Below, piece after piece: positions 1-11,438 of a stretch of 64,000 nucleotides of DNA (its first letter is position 1; the number at the start of each line of letters is the position of its first letter). The DNA lies in assembly GCA_951406725.2 (NCBI GenBank), contig OX597829.1:28396001-28460000 (forward strand). The letters run 5' to 3'. The notes beneath the pieces are model-generated. The model was not told the origin of the DNA, made no database searches, and saw only the letters and a list, made by a program, of their open reading frames with translations. Source of the stretch: Octopus vulgaris (Eukaryota). Both the position numbers and the translations under genes were made by a program.

Positions 1-769
1 ATGTAAACCAGTATTGGAAATTTATGAACAACATACATACCTCAATAGAAAATATTGTATTAGTGAGATGGCAGAGAGGAGGTGCTTAAAGACTCCTTAT
101 TGCTCACTGCTTTTTAATGTTCTTTAGACTGGAGGTATTACAATGTAACTAGTTGTTTGAAGTGAAGGTGTGTAGCCTAGTGGTTAAGGTGCTTGGCTCA
201 TGTTCTCAAGGTTCATAGGTTCAATTCCTGGACCAGGCAGTTTGATGTGTCCTTGAGTTAGGCATTTCATTTCATGTTGCTTCTGTCTGTCTACTCAGCT
301 GTAATGACAACCAACTATTTTCTGGTACAACCCCCACGTCAATCTCTTTCCTGTTGTTATATTCTGGATAAAGGGTTGATGGGACTAGTTATGACTAGTC
401 CCCTCAAACAATCTGGTTACATTTTTTTTTTTCTAGTACGATGAGATGAGAGGGAGAAATGAAAATAAAAATATACAGCAGAAGGTTGTGTCTGAAAAAA
501 GAAAAGATCAAGTAAAAAATTATTTGGTGTGAGGTGAAGTGAAAAAAGACAACTGAATGGGATTCTGGGAGGATTAATCACTGCTTTTGCTATTCTAGTA
601 GCATCTATAATCTTCTTATCAATAACAGAAGGAATTGTGGAGACTTGGCAGATCTATTGTCTAGGATTATTCCATCAAAATTCAACATGAAAGTATTCAA
701 GGCTGATGTTTATTTGTCACATAGGTTGTTTTCTATTAAAAAAAAGGAAAAAATTCAAAACAAACATAT

Positions 770-1095
770 TTTGTACATTATTTATTTTTATGGATATTTG
801 TCCTCATCTTGTTTGTTGTTAACACAACGTTTTGACTGATATACCCTCCAGCCTTCTTCAGGTGTCTTGGGGAAATTTCGAACCTGGGTTCTCATTCCTA
901 AGGTATTCTTCGATGTTAATATAATAATAATAACATCGAAAAATACCTTAGGAAATTTCCCCAAGACACCTGATGAAAGCTGGAGAGTATATCAGCCGAA
1001 ACATAGTGTTAACAACAAACAAGATGAGGATAAAATATTCGTCGATTGTAAATAATGTACATAATTCCTCATCTCTTAAATATAGAACTGTATTA
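770..1095. mobile_element. Foldback pair of Penelope-like terminal repeats (family A), each arm with a hammerhead-like motif
   Basis: ~770-920 is the reverse complement of ~931-1060; a third copy lies at 15010-15186. Confidence 0.7.
965..1010 (+). ncRNA. Type-I hammerhead ribozyme-like motif (family A, partly decayed)
   Basis: gacac-CTGATGA-a-agctg(gagagtatat)cagcc-GAAA-cata-gtgtt; stem I gacac/gtgtt. Confidence 0.6.
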
Positions 1096-1099
1096 AACA

Positions 1100-1420
1100 T
1101 ATTTTGGGTGTTTGTAAATGTCTTGTTATGTCCATATATTGTCAATAGCTTTCTAGTTTCTCTGTCAAATTTCTACAATTCGTACTCCATATCTGATTAC
1201 TGGTACAGTTCTTGCATTTATTGCTTCAAAAACTTTTTTTGAATTCAACTTTGGCTGTAATATTTTTCTGACACTTTCTGTATATTCGTGTTTTATTCCA
1301 TCTGCTTCCAGTATTTCCAAATACTTATACCACTGTCCTTTTTCAGCTGTTTTCATTGTTTGTCCATTCTTCTTTGTTCCTTTATCAGTATAGTGCACAT
1401 TTCAATCCCAAGTCCCATAC
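1100..1420 (-). mobile_element. R4/Dong-clade LINE RT fragment
   Basis: Translation YKYLEILEAD...LNSKKVFEAINARTVPVIRY matches the post-RT-domain-7 region also seen at 43270-43450. Confidence 0.65.
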
Positions 1421-1424
1421 TTAC

Positions 1425-2095
1425 ATCATCATCATCATCATTTAACGTCCACTTTTCATACTGATATGGGTTGGATGGTTTGATTGAAAACTGGTAATCC
1501 AGGGTGGGGAGTGGGGCACTGGGTTCCGATTTGATTTGGCAAGGTTTCTATGGCTGGATATCTTTCCTAACACCAACCACTCTGAGAGTATAGTGGGTGT
1601 TTTTTATGTGCCATTGACCTCACACTGGCATTGGACACAACTACGGTCTCACTTGGCTTAACAGGTCTACACAAACATGGTATATCACCAAAGGTCTTGG
1701 TCACCTGTTACTACTTCCATGAAGCCCAATGCTTGAATGGTGCTTTTTATGTGCCAGTCAGATGACACTGGCATCGGCTATGGTTATAATTTCACTCAGT
1801 TCAGCAGGTCTTCACATGCACAGCATATCAGCCAATAATTGAAGGGTACTTTTAAATGGGCTGGTTATGCAACACTGGCATCGGCCACAGCTGCAATCTC
1901 GCTTAACTTTCTGGGTTTTCTCAAGAACAACATATCTCCAAAGGTCTCAGTCTCCTGTCATTGCCTCTGTGAGGTCCAACATTCAAAGATCATGCTTCAC
2001 CACCTCATCCCATGTCTTCCTGGGTCTACCTCTTCCACAGGTTCCCTCCACTATTAGAGTGTGACACTTCTTCACGCAACTGCCCTCATCCATAA
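1425..2095 (-). mobile_element. 3' end/UTR of the abundant RTE-like LINE with (GAT)n tail
   Basis: catcatcatttaacgtcc terminus and homology to 7185-7550 and 61300-61605. Confidence 0.7.
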
Positions 2096-2169
2096 ACATT
2101 TGAGGAAATGCAAACACTATGTACAAGACTTTCAAGTTGCTTCTCAATTTTTTTGCATAAAGCTTTATA

Positions 2170-2553
2170 TCTCTCTCTATATAAACGGCAGTTTGTCTGT
2201 GCGTTTTCTGTGTGTCTGTTTTCTCGTACCCTCACTCTGACCACGGCTTTCAACCGATTCTGATGAAACTTGACACACACATAGCCCAATGTCATAATTC
2301 AAAACTAACGCAGCGAAAATTTTGAAAAGTTCCCCCAGTTCTGAAAAAAATCGATAAATTCGACATGGGGTCGAGAATCAGAAACCCAAACCACAGACCG
2401 TCTAGGGGACGCAACTCCACCTTTTTTAACTCTCAAAAAAAATTTACCATCATTTTTTTTCCATTTTTTTGCTATTTTTTGGCTATAACTCTCTAAAAAT
2501 GCTTTATAGTTATTTCCCTTACAAACCTGAGCAACGCCGGGCGATACTGCTAG
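2170..2553 (+). mobile_element. Non-autonomous Helitron
   Basis: Inserted at A|T; begins TC; ends with a GC hairpin (cctgagcaacgccggg) then CTAG; internal caaccgatt..tgaaactt motif. Confidence 0.75.
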
Positions 2554-3569
2554 TCATCCTTAAAAGGGAGATGATTTATCTGACCATATCCTTTTCACAA
2601 ATCATAAGCTATTTTAATTTCTTGTAATATTAAATTGAGTGGTGTCATGCCCAATACAAATAGTAACGGAGATAAGCTATCACCTTGAAATATGCCACGT
2701 CTGATGTTCACTTTCTCAAGTCTTTAAGTCTTTGTTGCCTTCCAATCAATTTAGTATTCCAATGCTTCATACTTTCATTAACCATTTTCTCAGTATTTTC
2801 TGCCACTCCAAACATTCTCATAGTTTTACTTATCCAACTGTGTCATATACTTTTCTGTAATCCAGTCATGCCACATTCAGTACTGTCACTCTGTGTATAC
2901 AGTTTCTAATTATCGTTTTATCAACAGGTCTTTTTTATCATCATCAACATCATTGTCATCGTCGTCGGCGTCATCATCATCATCATCATCATCATTGTTA
3001 TTTTTCTTTTTCTTCTTCTTCTTATTATGACCCTTTTCTTTATCAAGGTAATTTATCAAGCAGATAGCATTCAATTATAAGATATCTTTTTACACAGCAT
3101 TTTTGCTCCATTGTCATGAATGTGTGTATGTATGCACATGTGTGCGTGTGTGTGCACGTATGTATGCATATATATATATATATATATGTACATACATATA
3201 TGTTTCTGTATATTTTCAAATTAACATTTTCATTCCATTGTATGTTTATTTTATGTATACATTCAAATTAAGACATATACACTCTATGTACATTCACACA
3301 TAATTATCTGTACATACATAAGCACATACACAAACATTTATGCATACAAATTAACAAATATTTACGTACAAATCCACTCATGCATGTTCATACTCAAACA
3401 CAATTACACAGATATATACACACTCACATACATTTACACAAATACAGATATATTTATAAAGGCATACATATATATTTATATACAAATTCTAACTTGAATA
3501 TACACAATCTGTATTTAAGAACATATACATATTTCTTAAAAGCTGAACAAATATACATGTACACACACT

Positions 3570-3620
<51 letters not shown>

Positions 3621-4499
3621 CAGTGTATTGACCATGCTATCAGTTGTTGTTATATACCACTGATCACAGTGCGCTACCTTGGATTGTTGTAGCTTTTGGA
3701 TGATGCCACCCTGCTGGCTAGGTGGGCAGGCCAACATTTCCTCCGAATGGAATACCAGTCTGTTGTAGTGTTGTCCATTTGCAGCTGAGTGGACTGGAGC
3801 AACATGAAATGAAGTGTTTTTCTTAACAACACACAGTGCACCATTATTCTGGGAACCAAGGCTACGATCTTGTGATTGTGAGTACAACATCCTGATCACT
3901 AAGTCACAAAAATCCTTCACACACACACACATACGCACACATAAATATCCTGATACTCTCTTGGCTTTTAAGGACTTGTAGGAAAAGTGACTACCATACA
4001 AGAAACAATTTCACTTGTTTATCACTAAAATGCCTTAGGCATAGGACTAAGTTTAAGCCTATATTGCTTGAGGAACTTGTTATTTTTTTTATGTTAATTT
4101 CTTAATTTCCTAGTTTGAATTAACAGAATTGTCAGAGCTTCAAACCATGTATGTATGCACCATTTGAGCATGATTGTTACCAGCATCGCCTTACTGGCAC
4201 TAATGGCGGTGCTCCAGCATGGCCACAGTCAAATTACTGAAACAAATATAAGAAAATATATATATATATAATATATATGATGGACTATCCTGTCAAAGAT
4301 GATGTATGAGCATTCAGCTTTTGCCAAACAACCTTCTCAAATGATTTTTTTATAGTGATCAAATGTTTGTGCCACACATTAGCTCATTCACTTCATCAAA
4401 TTGACATTGTCTGAACAGATGCACTATGTACCATACATCAGGTGTCAAAGTGAATGCAGAGCAATATGGGATAAAAGTATTTACCAATCATCTCAATCT

Positions 4500-5900
4500 T
4501 TTGTCATCTTTGTAAAGCTCAACATCTGAAAATCATTTTCCACCACTTCACACCATGTCTTCCTAGGTTTTCCTCTTCTACAGGTTCCATCCACATTTAG
4601 TAATTAGCTCTATTTTATGCAGCTGTCTTCATCTATATTCATCACACGACCGTACCAGTGCAGTCTTCTCTCCAGCATACTACAACTGATGCTTTTTATG
4701 CCAAAGTTTTCTTCTCTCAGCACATTTACACTTTGTCATACATGCATACCAACATTGCATATCCAGCAGAGCAAGCTAACTTCATTTGTTTTCAAGCCTT
4801 CGCATATCCACATTAGCCACAGCTCATGTTTCACTACCATGTAGTAAAGCTGTTCATGCACAAGTATCATACAGTATGCATTTCACTCTGAAGGTGAGGC
4901 CCTTTGTTACCAACAGTGGTAATTGCTCTCTCAACTTCCCTCAGCCGGTTCTTTTTCTATCAGCTCCAATTTCAGAACAATCTCCTTCACTGCTAATTTT
5001 GTCATCTAGGTAACAGAAACTGTTTACAACTACTAAAGATCCACCTGGGCATTTGGAGAAAGCTATTTCCTGTGTGTTCTTAACCCTTTAGCATTTAATC
5101 CAGCCATATCAAGCGCTAAATTTTTATGTCCATATAAGTCAGATCTGATCTCTCATACCTACTTTACAATATCATTCTAAAATTAAACAATCATATCATC
5201 AAAATCTTGAAGCTATGAGATAATATGTGATTGATTCAAAACAATGTGAATAAGTATTCCTCTATAGCAAGACACCTGTTTCTGCTTCTCTCTCTCTCTC
5301 ACCCTAACCTTTCATCATCTGGCACAGGATTACCTCATCTAATGCCCTTTTCCCTCTCAAAATTCTTTGTCTTGCAAGTTACTTGGTGACCCTGCCAGTC
5401 CTGGTACCACGTAAAAAGCATCCAGTCCACACTGAAGTGGTTGGCATTTGGAAGGGCATCTAGCTGTAAAGACCATGCCAAAACTGACCTCAGGTGTACT
5501 GGTACTACAATAAAAGCACACAGTCCACTCTTTGGGGTGGTTGGTTTGGAAGGGCATCCAGCCATAAAAACCATGGTTAGGAAAGGTATCTAGCTGTAAA
5601 AACCATTCCAAAACAGACACAGAAATCTGATGCAGTCTTCTACCTGGCTGGCTCCTGTCAAACCATCCAACCCATGCCAGCATGGAAGACAGACATTAAA
5701 TGATGATGATGGTGATGATGATACACTTGACTGTATAATTTGGATGTTAAAGGGTTAATATTTATGGTTCCTGCACATCTACTACACACAAAGTCTACTT
5801 TCTTCATTAACCTTCCTGTAATTCCACTGCACTTCTTATGTGTCTATAGTTTGCACTGAATATATTGTATGGAATTTCTACCTTCATCTTTTCTATAGTG
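4500..5900 (-). mobile_element. Degenerate RTE-like LINE fragment interrupted by a piggyBac MITE
   Basis: Reverse complement resembles 14150-14900; resumes after the TTAA at 5755-5758. Confidence 0.6.
5084..5754. mobile_element. piggyBac-type MITE carrying a nested LINE 3' fragment (~5258-5722)
   Basis: TTAA|CCCTTTAGCAT ... ATGTTAAAGGG|TTAA; an uninterrupted sibling lies at 32381-32591. Confidence 0.8.
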
Positions 5901-7184
5901 TGGACCACCAACATATATATATACACATACGTAAACTATGTAATAATCATATATTTGGTAAATATGTTTTGGACCTTGCTGTGAAAATAGAATCTCATAT
6001 GCATAGTATCAATACCTAGATTAATTAATATACATGACCAGCTTTTCACTGCTATGTAAATGAAATCAGACTTAACCTGATTACACATGTTTTGTTATGT
6101 GCTTTCAACAGATAGGGAGAAGTAATCCAGTTCTGACAATCATTTTAACTCTGTAACTGCAAAATTAAATTTCACGGTTATTCTGGTAATGATGTTAAAT
6201 ATCTACCAAAAATAGAATTGGTATCTTCTTCAAGTCATGTTGCTTCAGTAAACTTGACATATCTGGAGAATAAAAAAAACTGTTTTACACAGGATTTTTT
6301 TTCCACGAAAGATAGACTGGCATATAAAACTGCTTTCCACAGTTAAGGGTAATGAAATTTTGAGTGGATTTATCTAAATTCTTCACTAAAGGTTAATGAA
6401 AAACTAAGCTAATTGATTAGTAAACTTGATCTTCCTAGCTGGTTGATAAAGTTTGTGTAAATTAATCAACGAAGGTGTGTGTGTGTGTGTGTGTGTGTGT
6501 TTGGTGGTTCTATTTCACAACATATTTTTTTTATTAGATATAGGTACAAATGTATGTGTGTGGGTGAAAAGATTGCTTCCCAATGTAGTTTTGGATTTCA
6601 GTCCCTCTGTGTAGTACCTTGGGCAAGTTGCTTCTGCTATAACTCAGGGCCAACCAAAAGCCTTATGCGTGGATTTTGTAGAAAGAAGTTTGTCTTGCAT
6701 ATGCTCGTACATGTGTGTGTGTGTGTGTGTGTCTTTGTCTGAACATCATGAACATCACCATCAAACAAGTGGTGTTATCTGTTTCCAAAATCTGTGGAAA
6801 AACATGTCTAGCTATGGGGAATATTATTTTGATTGAATAAAAGTGAGGATTGGTGACAGGAAGTGTATTCAGCCATAGAAAATCTGCCTCAGTGAATTCC
6901 ATGTGACCCATGCAAGCATGGAAAAGAGGACATTAGAATGATGATGATGACAATGATTGTAAGTTTCTATACACATTTAATTGCATACAGTGTGCCAGTG
7001 ATACAGTTAATTAATGGGCACAACCATGTTTGCATTGCTTTGTAAATAACATTAGTTCCAGCCTAGTCATGCTGATATTTTTCATAAAAAATTGTATGTT
7101 CTTTCAGCAATCAGTGAAAAAATAATTCCCACTCCTAAAATTATGACCCTTGTGCCTATATTAGAAAAAAACCATTATTGTTAT

Positions 7185-7550
7185 CATAAGCACCATTCAA
7201 GCGTGATCATTACCAGCATCGCCTTGCTGGCACTTGTGCCGGTAGCACGTGAAAACACATTCAAGCGAGGTCGTTGCCAGTGCCGCAGGACTGGCTCCTG
7301 TGCAGGTGGCACATAAAAAGCACTATTTGAGTGTGGCCGTTGCCAATATCGCCTGACTGGTCCTCGTACCAGTGACACGTAAAAGCACCCACTACACTCT
7401 CGGAGTGGTTGGCGTTAGGAAGGGCATCCAGCTGTAGAAACTCTGCCAGATCAGATTGGAGCCTAGTGCAGCCATCTGGTTCACCAGTCCTCAGTCAAAT
7501 CGCCCAAACCATGGAAAGCAGACGTTAAATGATGATGACGATGACGATGA
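7185..7550 (+). mobile_element. RTE-like LINE 3' UTR copy
   Basis: aggaagggcatccagctgtagaaa ... gacgttaaatgatgatg tail; many copies in the window (9720-9982, 48410-48568, 61300-61605). Confidence 0.7.
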
Positions 7551-7562
7551 CTATTATTATTA

Positions 7563-7601
<39 letters not shown>

Positions 7602-8872
7602 GTAGTAGTAGCAGCAGCAGCACTTGGAAAGGCAATGAGCTGGCAGAAACACTAGTACACTTGATTAAATGCTTGGTGGCATTTCGTGTGTCTTTTACAT
7701 CCTGATCTCAAATTCTGCCAAGTTCAACTTTGCCTTTCATCCTTTTGCAGTTGATGCAATTGACTAGCCCTTCCCCTACAATTTCAGGCCTTGTGCCTAT
7801 AATAGAAAGGATTATTGACACTTAGGTGGTAAACTGGTAGAATTGTTAGAGCATCTGGCACAAATGCCATATGGTAATTCTTCCATCTCTTTATGTTTTG
7901 AGTTCAAACCAGACCAATTTCAGTTTTATCTCTAATCCATTTGGGGTCAGGGACATAAAATATGAGTCGAATACTAAGGGTAATATAATTCGTTAACTCC
8001 TCCACCACCAATTTCTGGCCTTATGCCCATGTCAGCATATGCATAATGTCAATTATTATCATTAGTACTGTTGTGTCATTGAAGTCTGTCTTTTAATTCT
8101 CGCGTACCATATTCCAAGGCTTTTCTTTACCTGTAATTAGACCTTATTGAGTATAAAGTTTTTATTTGTTCATTAATTTAGTCAGTCAGTCAATCAGTTA
8201 TTTAAATGCTAGAATACGAAGGCATTTCATATAGGAAGTGTAAACAACTGTAAGGGAATCTTACATTAAGGAGGTAGTGGGGCGAATCCTTCACCTGGGA
8301 AAGAAATATCGCTTACTTTCAAATCGAATCTGAAACCGTTCATTCAAGAAGATTCTAAAATTTATTTAGAGTGGGGAAAATCGTGATTTATTATATAAAT
8401 CTCATTTTTACTTAGCATGGATGTGCTTTTATGTAATTCGACCTAGTTTCATCCAGTAACCTACTCAGATTACAACACACTGTTATAAAAAGAACAAAAT
8501 ATGCACGGGACAATGTATTTCTGATAGAGAAAATTGAAGATGTTTATGGTTGGATGCCTTCGGTCATAGGTCTGTTTGAAAAAGACTGATTTGATACAAA
8601 CGACTATTTTGTGTTAAAATAAATGTAAGGGAGGTAACTACAGTTATACTTGTTTGTTTTAGCTTGCAGAGTTAATTTGAAATGTAACGGAAGGTGTAAC
8701 ATTTTCTTTTTGCTTACAATTTCAGCCTCAGTGTGAAATATCTATTATAGATAGATAAATATATAGACAGATAGAGGGTGCTACACATATATACATCCAT
8801 GCATACCTACATACCTACCAACCTACTACCTACCTACATAATACATACATATATACATAAACACGCACACAC

Positions 8873-8904
<32 letters not shown>

Positions 8905-9113
8905 GGTTACTCGACCAGAAGAAAATTCTAACTGGACCCCACCTGCAAGGTCATGTGCTGTTTATCTTGATATGAGATCACCATGTTGCGCACATATGGT
9001 TGTGATGCATGTGCCTAGTGTACCCATATCAGACGGGTAGTCATGATGGGTATATTGGGCTTCGTATATTTTACCCCAGTGTCACTTTGATGGCATGCAC
9101 TGCTCTCTCAATC

Positions 9114-9152
<39 letters not shown>

Positions 9153-9490
9153 TCCAGGTTCATAATGAAAGAAAAAAAAAAATACAATCCCCATAAATTT
9201 GAAATTGCAAGAATTCAGAACATGAAAATTGTAATGGTTGTGCCACTAATAATTGGTGCATTTGGAACTATAAGCAAAGATATAGACAAATGGTTGAAGG
9301 AGGTTGGAATAGAATGCCTTGTAAAGCTGCTGCAGAAGGTCTGCCTCTTAGGAACAGGAAAGTTTATCAGGAGGATCTTAAGCACTTGAAAAGCTATTGA
9401 AAGATTGTGGATACTTAAGATTACAGGTAGTAACCCATTACTTACATAAATTCTATCAGGAATAACAATGAACCTGAATCGAATCAATAA
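8905..9490 (+). mobile_element. R4/Dong-like LINE 3' fragment(s) embedded in (TAA)n
   Basis: KY..L..EIAR...VVPLIIGAFGTI...LQKVCLLGT..IRRIL is a restriction-like endonuclease C-terminus, flanked by (AAT)n tracts. Confidence 0.7.
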
Positions 9491-10161
9491 TAATTATAAT
9501 AATCCTTTCTACTATAGGCACAAGGTCTGAAATTTTATGGGAGGGGGCTAGCTGGTTACATTGACCCCCAGTACTCAACTGGTACTAATTTTATTGCTCC
9601 CCACTAAAGGATGATAGACAGAGTTAATTTTGGCATTTCACATATTGCTACTTATCAAAGTTTGATAAGTGCCAATGTTCGAAACTCTCGGCCCTTGAGT
9701 CACTTTGTTATTTCTATTGCCCCTTGACTGGCTTTCATGCCGGTGGCATGTAAAAAGTACCATCCGAATGCAGTTGATGTCAGTGACCCCTGACTGGCTC
9801 CTGTGCTGGTGGCATGTAGAAAGCTACACTCTCAGAGAGGTTAGCATTGGGAAGGGCATCCAGCCCTAGAAATCCAGCCAAATCAGATCAGAATCTGGTG
9901 CAGCTCCCCAGTTTACCAGTTTTCGGTCAATCTACCCAACCCATGCCAGCATGAAAAACAGACGTTAAACAATGATGATGATATATACTCATGTTTTGAG
10001 TTTATTTGCCTGTTTGCAAATAGCTAAATAAATGGATAAATGCAGATGCTGATGATGATGATGACCAATATTTCATGCATATTTATTTATTAATTGACGA
10101 TTACTTTTGTTATTTTTTTGGGGTTTTTTTACATCCTCTTTTTTCTTTCTTTTTTCTTCAG

Positions 10162-10294
10162 GTCTTGTGGAAGTGTCTTTGATGCACCCACTCGATTTAA
10201 TCAAAACAAGGTTTCAAATTCAAAGAGGACCAGAAGATCCAAACAGATACACCTCCTTGTATGACTGTTTCAAAAAGATTTCTAGAAACGAAGG
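10162..10294 (+). CDS. SLC25A21: SLC25A21 coding exon (G)LVEVSLMHPLDLIKTRFQIQRGPEDPNRYTSLYDCFKKISRNE(G)
   Basis: Polypyrimidine tract and cag acceptor; GG|gtaagt donor; first carrier motif. Confidence 0.95.
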
Positions 10295-11385
10295 GTAAGT
10301 CCTCACCATCACCCACCTCACCTCATGTCACCTAAGTAAAACTGAAAAAAAGATATATAAATTTGAAAAAAAAAAAGACAGTAAAATGCAATATGGCCAA
10401 GTTGATAGAGTGTAATACATAGATTGTGAGTTCAAATCCACTGCAGCTATTTCATTGTTTCTGGACTGTACACTTCTGATAGAAACCATCTAGCTGGCTG
10501 GCTGGCTGGCTGGCTGAGTGGTCGATTGGCTGGGTGGGTGGCTGGCAAAGATTCATTCATCAAAACACTACTATGCCAACATTTGCTTCACAAACTTGTT
10601 TCTTCTCTGCTTCACCAATTGGCTGCATTTTCCCTGCACCCAGGCACACTTACACCTTAGCCATCTCAAAATAATTATAAATTCCTCTTCTGTTTCTTCT
10701 ATATTGGTCTCCTCTCTTCTAGCAGCTTCATGCCCTCTCTCATACTGCCCTCTCCACTACCTCCACCATATCTTTCATCCTCACCCGGGTCCCACTTGTT
10801 CCATTCATCTCTCCTATCATGTTCCCTTACCACATCCACATCTCATTTCCCAGACCACGACAAATCACAGACATGGCCGTGTGGATTCAGTGTAGATTCA
10901 GGTCTTCAGTTCCATCTCACTGCATGGCATTTTGAACCAGTGTTCCATTGTAGTTTCAGGCTGATTAGCACCTTGTGAGTGAAATTGGTAGAAGGAAACT
11001 ACTGGTGACACATAAAAGGCACCATTGCTGGTAACATGTGAAAGGCACCCATGCTAGTGATGCATAAAAGGCACCTGTGCTGGTGACATCTGAAAGGCAC
11101 CCATGCCAATAACATGTTAAAGATACCCCTCTTGGTGATACATAAAATCTACGTGTGCCAGTGAAACATGTAAAACACCCAAGCCAGTGACACATAACAT
11201 GCAGCTATACCAGTGACACATATAAGACACCCAGTACACCCTATAGAGTGGTTAGCATTAAAGGCATGCAGCCATACAAACCAAGCCAAAACAGGTTAGA
11301 GCCTAGTGCAGCTCTCAAGCTTAGCAATTTCAGTCAAACTGTCTGACCCATGCTAGCATGCAAAAAGGATACTAAATGATGATGA

Positions 11386-11438
<53 letters not shown>

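Noticed and set aside
2255-2275. ctgatgaaac resembling a hammerhead core
   Set aside because: No stem II between CTGATGA and GAAA; it is the common Helitron internal motif ccgatt..tgaaactt.
6200-6280. Minus-strand acceptor followed by MSSLLKQHDLKKIPILFL, faintly ARF-like
   Set aside because: Weak donor, no NKxD continuation and no partner exons.
1-10161. Search for SLC25A21 coding exon 1 (expected ..AGGSAG with a phase-1 donor)
   Set aside because: No matching sequence was seen; it probably lies upstream of the window.
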